Shown here one piece after another: positions 1 through 9,137 of a stretch of 30,540 nucleotides of DNA. This stretch comes from Candidatus Moanibacter sp. (GTDB lineage Bacteria; Verrucomicrobiota; Verrucomicrobiia; Opitutales; UBA2987). Where the stretch lies: positions 1 to 30,540 of the forward strand of contig CBDCEW010000057.1 of assembly GCA_965215885.1 (NCBI GenBank), written 5' to 3'. Position numbers and translations under genes: made by a program. Within the stretch, counting starts at the first letter, position 1. Each line of letters begins with the position of its first letter. The notes under the pieces were generated by a model. The model was not told the origin of the DNA and searched no databases. It saw only the letters and a program-made list of their open reading frames with translations.

Positions 1-1
1 G

Positions 2-782
2 GGCGACAAGGGCCTCCTGCAAGGCTATATGGGACGATCCATGGAGACGATGGGACCCGTCAATGACCTCATTGGAGACCGCCTTCTGCTGACATTTCTG
101 ATCAGTTTGGGCAGCATCCTGTTTACCTGGGCGATCGCTCTACCCGTCGGTGTCTATTCCGCGGTCCGGCAGTATTCGATGGGAGACTACGCGGCCACGT
201 TACTTGGTTTTCTCGGTATGAGTATCCCAAACTTTCTCTTTGCCTTGATTCTGATGTACCTCAGCGCTCGCTTTTTCGGGATCAACGTCACCGGCCTGTT
301 CTCGCCCGAATACTCCGCCCAACCGGAATGGACCTGGGGAAAAATCGCCAATCTTCTGGAGCGAATCTGGGTACCCGTTCTGGTCATCGGAACGGCGGGC
401 ACCGCTAGTATGATTCGAGTCATGCGGGGAAATCTCCTCGATGAGTTGAGGAAACCTTACGTTACCACCGCTTTGGCCAAGGGAGTGCGGCCGTTTAAAC
501 TGCTCCTGAAGTATCCCCTGCGCCTCGCCCTCAATCCGTTCATTTCCGGAATCGGCGGCATTTTCCCCCAGCTAGTTTCCGGCGGCGCAATCGTTGCCAT
601 GATCCTCAGTCTTCCTACCGTGGGTCCCTTAATGCTCGACGGCATGCGCTCCGAAGACTTCTACCTGGCAGGGGTCCATGTTAATGGTTCTCAGCATGCT
701 TAGTATTCTCGGGGTCCTTTGCAGTGACTTGCTCCTCATGTGGGTCGACCCAAGGATCCGCATGGAAGGGGGAACACGATGA
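2..782 (+). pseudogene. ABC transporter permease (DppB/OppB family), 5'-partial, +1 frameshift at GGGG 671-674
   Basis: Hydrophobic TM segments and EAA-loop region (VMRGNLLDELRKPYVTTALAKG). Frame is open from base 2. The ORF stops at 703, but removing one G at 671-674 restores the canonical C-terminus AGSMLMVLSMLSILGVLCSDLLLMWVDPRIRMEGGTR* (TGA 780-782). Confidence 0.85.
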
Positions 783-991
783 ACCTCGTCGAATACTCCC
801 CATAGGGGTGAAAAAACTGGTATTCGTTTACGATTTCAGCATACAGGCAAACAAAGAAGAAGAGAACCGCAGATGCACGCGAATGGACGCCAATGAAGAA
901 GAATTGACCACGGATTCGAGAAAACCGCGGATGAGGGAATAGCGATAGGAATATTCATGTTCGAATGTCCGAAGCAATTTCGGTTTCCTTG

Positions 992-1026
992 GTAACCTTG
1001 TCCCGAACCTCGTCCCGAACCTTGTC
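992..1026. repeat. Three 12-bp tandem units (AACCT[T/C]GTCCCG) related to the arms of the 115-bp palindromic repeat family
   Basis: gtaaccttgtcccgaacctcgtcccgaaccttgtcc resembles gagccttgtcgg/gagcctcgtcg at 23018-23040. Confidence 0.6.
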
Positions 1027-1172
1027 CACTCCACGACTTTGAATACCAACAGGTTAGACTCCAAAACGTGTTCAGAAAGCAAACTTCTGATGGAAAGTAA
1101 TACGGATGAACACGGGTAATCGGATAGCCGGTGTCGCGCTCTGATATTAACGATAAAAGTATCCGTCTTCGG

Positions 1173-2012
1173 CTAAATCGGGCTGATTTTACACTCCGCC
1201 GCCACCGCGCGCAGGTGATCGGCGGCTTTGCGGTAGAGCTCGTCGCTGGGGATATGTTCGAGCATGAGAGGTAGATCGGGATTCAGCGCTTCGGCCTCCT
1301 CGATAAAGACGCGGAGGTCGAGGAAGCCTTCTCCGGGCGGGCATTCGTCGATGTGGGTCAAGAGCTGATTGTGGGTGATGCTGTCCTTGACGTGGCAGCT
1401 CTTGATATGCGGCCCGAGTTTTGCGAAGCATTCGCGCACGAGGTCTTCCTTGCGCGCGAATGTGCGGTGAGTGCAGATGATATTCACTGGATCGAGGTGC
1501 ACGGCGAACTGTCTCCGGTCAATGGCCTCGATCAGTTCAAGATATGAATCCGGGGAATCGGGAATGATATTCGGCATCAGCTCGAGGGTATAAAAGCTGC
1601 TTCGTGGTTCGACGTCGTCGATCACTTCCTGAATCGCGGCGACAACCTCCTCAAACGTATCCAGAGAAAAATTCCGAGGATCCGGCCCTTTGCCCTCCGG
1701 ATTCTTGGATCCGGCGATATTGACGGCACAGAGGGCACCAATCTCATCAGCGAGACGAAGGCACTGCTTCGCATATTCGAGATTTTCCCTTTTCCGTCGT
1801 TCCTCGAGATGGATGAGATTTCGCCAGACGCCAACCTCAGCGATGATGAGATTGCTTTCCCTCGCGGCGTCTCGGTAGGCGGCAATCTCGGATCGATCCG
1901 CATCCACGGTGACAGGGCAGTAGGCCGCGGAATATCCCCGCTCCCGCAGCGCGTCTACCCATTCTGCGGGGTTGTTATAGAATTCTTTTATAAGGTGCGC
2001 TCCGATTCTCAT
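1173..2012 (-). CDS. Sugar-phosphate isomerase/epimerase (xylose-isomerase-like TIM barrel, IolE/YcjR type)
   Basis: 279 aa; metal-ligand motifs LELMP, HLDPVN, CHVKD, GEGFLD, MLEH; start overlaps upstream stop (TAATG). Confidence 0.85.
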   Translation of the reverse strand: MRIGAHLIKEFYNNPAEWVDALRERGYSAAYCPVTVDADRSEIAAYRDAARESNLIIAEVGVWRNLIHLEERRKRENLEYAKQCLRLADEIGALCAVNIAGSKNPEGKGPDPRNFSLDTFEEVVAAIQEVIDDVEPRSSFYTLELMPNIIPDSPDSYLELIEAIDRRQFAVHLDPVNIICTHRTFARKEDLVRECFAKLGPHIKSCHVKDSITHNQLLTHIDECPPGEGFLDLRVFIEEAEALNPDLPLMLEHIPSDELYRKAADHLRAVAAECKISPI

Positions 2013-3076
2013 TATTCATATTCTATGAGCGTGGCGATCAGTTCCGGGTCGCCCTCGTCGATCATCTTGTAGGCGTCGGCGATGTTCTCGTATTTGATTC
2101 TATGCGTGAAGAGATTATCGAGGCACAGCTTGCTCAGCAATTTAACGCACACGTCCTTTTTACGGTCGGGACCGTAGGTCTGCATCAACTCGGGTATGAC
2201 ACCCCCTGAGTGGCAGGACTGCAGGGAAATCCGGCCCGAGTGAAAGTCGCAGGAGAGATCCAGCTGGACACTGTCCTGATAAAAACTCATCACCGTAACC
2301 CTGGTATTTGGAGAGGCGATCCTGATCGCTTCCTGGAGCGCCTTTGGGTTCCCGGAAACCTCTATCACCGAGTCCGGACCTTTGCAACGGGTCATGTCTC
2401 TTATCGCCAGGGCAACGTCGGTATCGCTATCGGTGACATCGAAGAGCTTGTCGGCGCCGTTTTGCAGAGCCGCTTCGAGGCGACGAGGAACGGCGTCGAG
2501 GGCAATCACTTCCAGGGCGCCGGACATCTTCGCCAACTGGACAACCAACTGTCCAACCATGCCAAGCCCGATCACCACGACGGTGTCACCCAGGCTGATG
2601 CGCGTGTCGAGGATCCCGGTGTAGGCGGTTTTAAGGAGCAGCATGATCGCCGCGTTCTCCGAAGGAATGTCGTCGGGTATTCTGGTGAATTCGCCCGGTG
2701 CGCCTTTCACTAAAGTCTGGTGCGTCTTGTTGGCAAATACCCGATCGCCGATTCGCAAGCCGCAATCCGATACGTTTCGCCCGATCTCCATCACTTTCCC
2801 GACATGACCGTAGCCCATATACCACGCGCCCGGATCGGAACTCCGCAGGGGATAACGCAGCCCGTTCTCCTCATCCGAATCGACGAAAATATTCCGTTTG
2901 GGATCCCTCCGTTTGTGGAACAGCCTCGATGTGCCACGATAGAAATGCATCTCCGTCCCGTGGCTGATGTTAGTGTAAAGCGTTTTCACCAACACCTGAT
3001 CAACGCTGATGGTTAAATCGGGCGCCTCTTCGATGACGTATTCCCGCGGTTTTTGTGCTACCAGTACTTGCATCAT
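2012..3076 (-). CDS. Medium-chain dehydrogenase/reductase (MDR; BchC/YcjQ-like subgroup)
   Basis: 354 aa; ISHGTEM, MGYGHVGKV, Rossmann GLGMVG, GADK, VIEVSGN motifs. Confidence 0.85.
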   Translation of the reverse strand: MMQVLVAQKPREYVIEEAPDLTISVDQVLVKTLYTNISHGTEMHFYRGTSRLFHKRRDPKRNIFVDSDEENGLRYPLRSSDPGAWYMGYGHVGKVMEIGRNVSDCGLRIGDRVFANKTHQTLVKGAPGEFTRIPDDIPSENAAIMLLLKTAYTGILDTRISLGDTVVVIGLGMVGQLVVQLAKMSGALEVIALDAVPRRLEAALQNGADKLFDVTDSDTDVALAIRDMTRCKGPDSVIEVSGNPKALQEAIRIASPNTRVTVMSFYQDSVQLDLSCDFHSGRISLQSCHSGGVIPELMQTYGPDRKKDVCVKLLSKLCLDNLFTHRIKYENIADAYKMIDEGDPELIATLIEYE

Positions 3077-3088
3077 TCTTTTCTCCTC

Positions 3089-4207
3089 TTACCAAATGCT
3101 CGTTTCCTCATCGATCCACGCCTGAACCTTCGCATTGGTCTTCCGCATCTCGGCGAGGACCGGCGCATCCTCTTCCTCCGTGAGGCTAATCAGGCCCCGG
3201 TTGCGGGCCTTGTTGCGCATGAAAGCTCCGCAGAGATGAAAGCCGACGCAGGCCGGGACATCGCGAAGACGACGAATCGCTTCCGGGTAAAACGCCGGGT
3301 CGTGCCGGATCGGTTCCGGAGAGTCCCAGGTTTGGCCGTGCGCGAATTTTGAGCCGTTGCTGTCCGCCACGAGCAACGGTTTCCGGATCACGTCGGCCCA
3401 TTGCGACATTTGCTCCGCAAGCCTTTCGGGCGGGCTGAAACATTGGAAGGAGAGGACATCAACATAGGGCACGGCGGCCCGCACCACGATTTCCGGAAGG
3501 TGGTGGTTCGCTTCGTAGCGGTCGCCCATGATGAGATGGTGGGGATCGTAACGGCGGATCGCATCGTGCACGACCCGGTAATAGTGGGTGGTGAGGTCGT
3601 GGAGCGCCTTTTTCCCCGCCTCCGTTTTTAACTGTTCGGGATCAAAGAGGGGGCCTTTCCACTCGTTCCAATTCTTCGTGAACGTCCAGGTGGGGCAATC
3701 GGTAAAGTAGTAGCCGATAAGCTTGGGATCGTCTCTGAACCGGACGCAGTGGGCCCGTGCAAGGTAGTCGCACCAATCCTCAAAGGCGCTGCTGGTGAAA
3801 TCCGGATGCCGGTTCTCGGAGTCCCAGTAATGGGTTTCGGCGATCGGAATCATGTGCGTGTAGGGCAGGCCCAGCCATTGGTATTCCTCGAAGGTGAAAC
3901 TCCTCGAATGCTTGTGGAATTGCGGGTGCCGCATGACCAGCTCCTGTTCCCAACCGAGGGTGTTAAATCCCCAGGATTCGAGGCGGGGGCGGACGCCCTT
4001 TGCCAGCCACTCTTCCATGCTGTTGTGATATTTCTCATACCAGATATGCACGTTTTCGTCGTATCCGTAACCGGCCGGATCGAAATGGTTCAGCCCGAGG
4101 GAAAAAAACGGCTTGCCCTCCGGTGTTGTCAGCCACCACCGGTTGTCCTTAAAGGCGGTGCTGAAAAAGCCTTCCGGCGCGCTCTGCGTTGTGTTGCTTT
4201 GGATCAC
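3089..4207 (-). CDS. GH50/agarase-like (clan GH-A-like) TIM-barrel protein
   Basis: Motifs PFFSLGLNH, RLESWGFNTLGW, DDPKLIGYY, YYRVVHDAIRRYDPHHLIMGDRY, DVLSFQ, KPLLVAD. The track start (4480) overlaps the upstream gene; GTG at 4207 is in frame and 19 bp after the upstream stop. Confidence 0.7.
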   Translation of the reverse strand: MIQSNTTQSAPEGFFSTAFKDNRWWLTTPEGKPFFSLGLNHFDPAGYGYDENVHIWYEKYHNSMEEWLAKGVRPRLESWGFNTLGWEQELVMRHPQFHKHSRSFTFEEYQWLGLPYTHMIPIAETHYWDSENRHPDFTSSAFEDWCDYLARAHCVRFRDDPKLIGYYFTDCPTWTFTKNWNEWKGPLFDPEQLKTEAGKKALHDLTTHYYRVVHDAIRRYDPHHLIMGDRYEANHHLPEIVVRAAVPYVDVLSFQCFSPPERLAEQMSQWADVIRKPLLVADSNGSKFAHGQTWDSPEPIRHDPAFYPEAIRRLRDVPACVGFHLCGAFMRNKARNRGLISLTEEEDAPVLAEMRKTNAKVQAWIDEETSIW

Positions 4208-4226
4208 GGTCTCTATCGCGTGTGGA

Positions 4227-5963
4227 TTATTCCAAACTACGCGTGGTTTGGGTGAGGAAGGGATCCTCCTGCCGAAAGATAATATTCTTTCGCCAGTTTT
4301 GGTCATCCAACTTTGGAAAATCTTCACGGAAATGGTTGCCGCGGCTCTCCTCGCGCATGAGTCCGGCACGAACCATGAGTTCGGCGACCTGCAAGGAATT
4401 ATCCGCTTCGATCGCGCGGCGTTGCGTGGCCAGATTATTTCGAACGAGTTCGGGTAGCCATTCTCCGCGCAACTCTTCAATGTCGCTTAGCAGTTTCTCA
4501 CAACCGGCCCCGCTTTTCACGTTCAGGAAATCGCGCCCCATGGATTCCTGCAGTTTAGCGAAGAGGGCTTCGGCATCTCTTTTTCCATTTCCATTCGCGT
4601 TCAAACGTTCCAGCGCCGGAGCCAGTGAGGATTGTTTCAGTGCCGTCCTGTCCGTGCGCAGCGCGTGCTCGGCCGCGAATCTACCGGCGCGCGCGCCGAA
4701 GACGATCCCCATGCTGACCATGCCACCGCCCAACCGGTCGGCGCCATGGGGGCCAGTGCATACCTCGCCGGCCGCGAATAGACCGGGGAGTGAGGCCTCG
4801 GCCTGTTCGTTGATCAGGATCCCACCATTGCTGGCATGTGCGCTGGAAACGACCCGAGCCTTGCTTGAAGGTCGGATTGCCTTACGCTGTATCTTACCCT
4901 CATCAAAGTGGTGTTGGATGACCGGTTCGTAGTTTTCCAGGTCGCATTCTGAAAAATCCAGGTAGAGGCCGCCTTCCGGCGCGCCCCGGCCGGCATTTTC
5001 TTCTTTGACCACGGCGATATCGATCCATCCGGAGGCATCGCGGGTGGAGAAGGGCATATGCAAGCATCGATCGCGCATCGCCTCCTCAGGCGTTACGCGT
5101 TCGGGCAGGTAGCGTGTCAATACTTCCTCGCCGTGCCGATTCCTCATTTTCGGGAAGGCGCTCCAGTACATGCCGGGTATGTCGAGCATACGGAACTCCC
5201 GCGGCCCCATCATGTATTGTATGAATTCCATGTTGGTCAACTCGGCTCCCGCTCGTAACGCCATGGCGTAACCATCGCCGGTTGTGTCGATCACATGGCG
5301 GGAGGATGCAGTGGGGAATATCTGGCGCGCGCCGCCTGCCCCAAACATAACGGCTCCTGTCCGATATGCAATGGGGTTCCCATCGGAACTCAGGGCCATG
5401 GCTCCCACACACACTCCATTCTCAACCAGGAGATCGGTGATGAACACATCCTGGTGCACGTCGATATTATAGCGTTTGGCGTAATCAATCATGGCCCAGA
5501 CGACATCTCCCGCATGCCCGCGGCCGGTGTCGCGGACAGAGTGCGCCCGGTGGTGTTTAGCAAAGCATGAATGGGCGGTGAAATGCTTGTGCCTGCCCGT
5601 GGGATCCTTGACGAACTCAACGCCCCACTCCTCGAGTTCTCGCGTGCGCTCCACAATTTCATAAGCCTGTATGCGAGCCAAACGCGGGTCGGCCATCCCC
5701 AATCCGGTGGATACGATTTCCTGAAAATGAACTTCCTGGCTGTCACCGGTATTCCCGGAACAACCGTCCGCGCATTGCCAGGCCACGGCGCGAGAATCGG
5801 GCGAGACGGAGGCGCCCACTTTGCCCGTCCTGCCTTTCAGTGCTACTGTGACCCGGGCCCCGGTCTGGCCGGCTCCTATTGCCGCGCGGAGGGCGGCGGC
5901 GCCTCCGCCGACGATAAGGACATCCGTTTCGACGATTCGGTCAAGACCTGTCGTTAATTCCAT
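4227..5963 (-). CDS. FAD-dependent oxidoreductase, SdhA/FrdA/NadB flavoprotein superfamily
   Basis: 578 aa; DVLIVGGGAAAL, TTGDGYAMALRAGAELTNMEFIQ, AHASNGGI, GLFAAGE, HGADRLGG, REESRGNHFREDFP; AGGAGG SD upstream. Confidence 0.9.
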   Translation of the reverse strand: MELTTGLDRIVETDVLIVGGGAAALRAAIGAGQTGARVTVALKGRTGKVGASVSPDSRAVAWQCADGCSGNTGDSQEVHFQEIVSTGLGMADPRLARIQAYEIVERTRELEEWGVEFVKDPTGRHKHFTAHSCFAKHHRAHSVRDTGRGHAGDVVWAMIDYAKRYNIDVHQDVFITDLLVENGVCVGAMALSSDGNPIAYRTGAVMFGAGGARQIFPTASSRHVIDTTGDGYAMALRAGAELTNMEFIQYMMGPREFRMLDIPGMYWSAFPKMRNRHGEEVLTRYLPERVTPEEAMRDRCLHMPFSTRDASGWIDIAVVKEENAGRGAPEGGLYLDFSECDLENYEPVIQHHFDEGKIQRKAIRPSSKARVVSSAHASNGGILINEQAEASLPGLFAAGEVCTGPHGADRLGGGMVSMGIVFGARAGRFAAEHALRTDRTALKQSSLAPALERLNANGNGKRDAEALFAKLQESMGRDFLNVKSGAGCEKLLSDIEELRGEWLPELVRNNLATQRRAIEADNSLQVAELMVRAGLMREESRGNHFREDFPKLDDQNWRKNIIFRQEDPFLTQTTRSLE

Positions 5964-5987
5964 ATCTTTCCTCCTTTCAGCACCCTG

Positions 5988-8846
5988 CTATCGAGATGAT
6001 CCATCCGGTAAGCTATGAAGCTTGAGTAGATTGCTGAGGAGCCGATCTGCCACCGGGTCTTTCGCGAGGTTTTCCACGATTCTATGGGTGCAGAGGACGT
6101 AGGTCCCTTCCCCATGGGGTAAGAGTGTCAGGTCTGCGCCGTGAAAGGCTTGCGTAACGCCTGTGTAGTTCTGTTTGTGTCGGAGATCGGCATACCAGTC
6201 GTAAGTGATGTTGCCGCAGATCCAATCACTCCTGGGCGCCACAATGGACCAACGGGAGACGACATTTTGGTATTCCTGGCCCATCAGGCAGTTTGACGGC
6301 AAGCCGTCGTAGAACGGGTGTCTCTTGACGACGTGGCTGCAGGGCGTCCACCCGCTTTTGCCGGTATAAAGGGAGAGCGCGAAGGGTAGAATAGTATCCC
6401 TTTCGACGTATCGCGACATGCGGCTTTCCCTGGGATTCCGTTCGAGCACGGCGTCCGGAGGAAGGTTGAGAAATATCGCTTTTCCCCCGCGCTCCACCCA
6501 CTGGGCAAGGGCTTTGAATCTCCTGTCGGGTTCGCCGCTCCAGCCGTTGAGATTGACCAGCACCGTCTGACCGGGTGGCGTCTGCTCCGAGAATTCCCTG
6601 GTATGGGACAGGTATTGGCCCAGCCTTCCATCCATATCAACGAGTGCGGGAGGCGAGTCGGGTAGTTTGCTTTTCTCCCTGTCGAGAACGAAAAAGCCGG
6701 CCTCGTTTTCAAGGCTCTCGGATTCCGAAGATTCGAAGGTGAGAGAGATGCGACAGCCGCCTTCCAGCCCCGCGGTGTCGATATCGTAGGATATAACATC
6801 GGCAATCCCCGTCGGCAGTTGCATGGAATCGCACGCCTCGAAAACCGTCTCTCCATCGACCGTGGTAACGATCAGGGTCAGGCTTCCGGAAACAGCGTCC
6901 TTGTCATTTACGGAGGTTATGAGGATTTGCACTTCCTCGCCGGCGTAGACGTTTTGCTTTGTGGGGCGAATGGCGATGTAACGATCCGCGAAGACCTCCC
7001 GGATGGCGTAATAGGGCTTTTTGGGGTTGCGGAAGTTGTCGATCAAACCGGCGCCGACAACCCAGTCCCCGTCGTTGAGCGCGTGGATGCCGATCCCGGC
7101 GATGTCGGGATTGATTCGACTGGCCTCCGCCATGAGCTTGTTGCCGATGTAATGGACGTGCTGGCATGCCTCGACAAAGGCGTGGAAACTGGGAAAGACC
7201 GCATCGCTGCCGGTTTCATGAAAGACGGAGAGGTAGGAATCGTGAAGTCGTTCATGGATGCGGTAGTCCGGGGTGATCGGGTTTCCCTCTCTTCGGTACT
7301 GTTCCAGGTTCGCCTCGAGGTCGGGAATGCTTCCGTATCCGAGTTCGGAAATATTGGTGAGCAGACCGGCTGCGACTTTGCTGGCGGTGAATTGGGCGAT
7401 TTTTCGCCCCGCCTTTTTCAGTTCCTCATCGGTCTTTCCCAGGTCCAGGATGTTGTCGTAATCAACCTTTGCAAAGGGGCTGCCGGGATAGTTGTGCACG
7501 TCATTGATCGCGGTCGGCTCAAAGGACCCGGGCAGATAGATACTGCATCCACCGGCAAATCCGCCCGATTCGTCGATGATCACGCGAGTGGGGTCGAGTT
7601 CCCGCGCCTTCAACGAAATGGTGTGCTTGAGGCGCTTGATGCCGTGGCGCCGAATCTCGTTGAACATTTCCCACATGACGATCGAGGGGTGGTTCCGGTC
7701 CCGTTTAACCATCTCCACGACTTCGTTTTCGATACGCTGTTTGGTGTAGGGGGTGATCTGCGGCCATTTGGACATGCACTCGACCGGGAGCGAGCCAACG
7801 AAAAGGACGCCCAGTTCGTCCGCCAGGTCGTGAACGATCCTGGGTTGCGGTTTTCGCCAGGGGCGAATCATGTTGATATTGCCGTCCTTGATGAGCTCGA
7901 ATTCTCTCTTGAGCAGATTGAGGTCCCGGGGATACGCGAGTGAATGAGGGTAAAACGCTTCGTTGAAAGTGGTTTTGAGGAGGACTTTTTCGCCGTTTAA
8001 GAGAAAGTGCTTTTCTGAGGCCGTGAACTCGCGGAACCCGAATCGGGTCTCCTCACGGTCGGAGGGTTCACCGTGCAGTTTCACCGTCGTTGTCAGGGTG
8101 TAGAGACACGGATCGTGAAGCTGCCATAGCTTGTGACCCTCGACGGTCAATCGTCTCCGGTAATGATTGACGCCCGGGTTGAGTCTAACGGTTTCGCTGC
8201 TTGAAGCGCCCCGGCGATTCTCCTTGTGGGGCGTGATTGCGCATTCGAGGGTAGCGGATTGGACTTTCACCCCTTCGTTTTGAATCGTAGCGGCCACAGT
8301 AACCTCGCCCGAGGTAATGTCGGTCGTGACGAAGGTATCATCGACGTATACCGGACCGGTCGCAATGAGGAACACGGGTTGCCAGATACCCCCTGCGATG
8401 GCGCCGCGCCAGTGTGGCATTTCATCGGTCCCCAGTCCGTCGATGACGACGTCGCGGGCGATGAGCGGGGTAATGACGCGAACCGCGAGGAAGTTTTCGC
8501 CCTCCGTCAAAAGATCGTCAATTTGCAGCTCGAAACCGGTATAGCCCCCCTCGTGTGCGTCCGCCGCCTCGCCGTTGACCCAGATTTCCGCGCGATAGTT
8601 GACCGCTTCAAAGTGAAGGCGAATGGTTTTGCCTGACCAGTCGGATGGAATCGTGAAGGCTTTGCCGTACCAGGCCACGCCTTCGTAGTCCTGTCTGAAT
8701 TCCTCGAGGCAGGCGGGAACCGTGACACACTCGATGTCATGGTGGCTGTCGAAGTTTGCCCGATGCTGCCATTGGAGTTCCCGGCCTTTGTTGCCCTGGT
8801 CGAAAATGACTTGCCAGGTGCCGTTGAGTGATCGTGTTTGTTTCAT
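5988..8846 (-). CDS. Glycoside hydrolase family 2 (beta-galactosidase/glucuronidase-like), no obvious signal peptide
   Basis: 952 aa; SLNGTW, LHFEAVNY, HEGGYTGF, GGIWQPV, FGFREF, RDRNHPSIVMWEMFNE (acid/base), NISELGYG (nucleophile). Confidence 0.92.
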   Translation of the reverse strand: MKQTRSLNGTWQVIFDQGNKGRELQWQHRANFDSHHDIECVTVPACLEEFRQDYEGVAWYGKAFTIPSDWSGKTIRLHFEAVNYRAEIWVNGEAADAHEGGYTGFELQIDDLLTEGENFLAVRVITPLIARDVVIDGLGTDEMPHWRGAIAGGIWQPVFLIATGPVYVDDTFVTTDITSGEVTVAATIQNEGVKVQSATLECAITPHKENRRGASSSETVRLNPGVNHYRRRLTVEGHKLWQLHDPCLYTLTTTVKLHGEPSDREETRFGFREFTASEKHFLLNGEKVLLKTTFNEAFYPHSLAYPRDLNLLKREFELIKDGNINMIRPWRKPQPRIVHDLADELGVLFVGSLPVECMSKWPQITPYTKQRIENEVVEMVKRDRNHPSIVMWEMFNEIRRHGIKRLKHTISLKARELDPTRVIIDESGGFAGGCSIYLPGSFEPTAINDVHNYPGSPFAKVDYDNILDLGKTDEELKKAGRKIAQFTASKVAAGLLTNISELGYGSIPDLEANLEQYRREGNPITPDYRIHERLHDSYLSVFHETGSDAVFPSFHAFVEACQHVHYIGNKLMAEASRINPDIAGIGIHALNDGDWVVGAGLIDNFRNPKKPYYAIREVFADRYIAIRPTKQNVYAGEEVQILITSVNDKDAVSGSLTLIVTTVDGETVFEACDSMQLPTGIADVISYDIDTAGLEGGCRISLTFESSESESLENEAGFFVLDREKSKLPDSPPALVDMDGRLGQYLSHTREFSEQTPPGQTVLVNLNGWSGEPDRRFKALAQWVERGGKAIFLNLPPDAVLERNPRESRMSRYVERDTILPFALSLYTGKSGWTPCSHVVKRHPFYDGLPSNCLMGQEYQNVVSRWSIVAPRSDWICGNITYDWYADLRHKQNYTGVTQAFHGADLTLLPHGEGTYVLCTHRIVENLAKDPVADRLLSNLLKLHSLPDGSSR

Positions 8847-9137
8847 AACTAAAGGTTCCTGCTGTCGTCTCCCGTTAATACCTTCACAGAAGCATTCGCG
8901 ACATCACCCCTTGTTCAGTGCTCCGTTGATCAAAATCACGGTTTAAACTATTTGACTCAACCCTCGGAGAAATCAAGACTCTAATCAGCATACTTGCTTT
9001 AACTCGCTAAATAGTGGTGACTTTTGGACAGGGTCACATTCGTCCTTCTTCGGCGTTCCATAGTAACTGTCGCGACGGACATCTAGAGTCTTATCCCATA
9101 CCTTCTATGCGATTTGCGTAGAAATGTTATGTAACTA

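Noticed and set aside
724..1082. Small ORFs 724..942 and 828..1082
   Set aside because: Made of the permease tail and low-complexity repeat fragments; no recognisable domain.
4208..4480. N-terminal extension of ORF 3089..4480
   Set aside because: It overlaps the conserved C-terminus of the flavoprotein gene on the same strand.
4227..5963. Gene symbol sdhA or nadB
   Set aside because: Key His residues and partner genes are absent.
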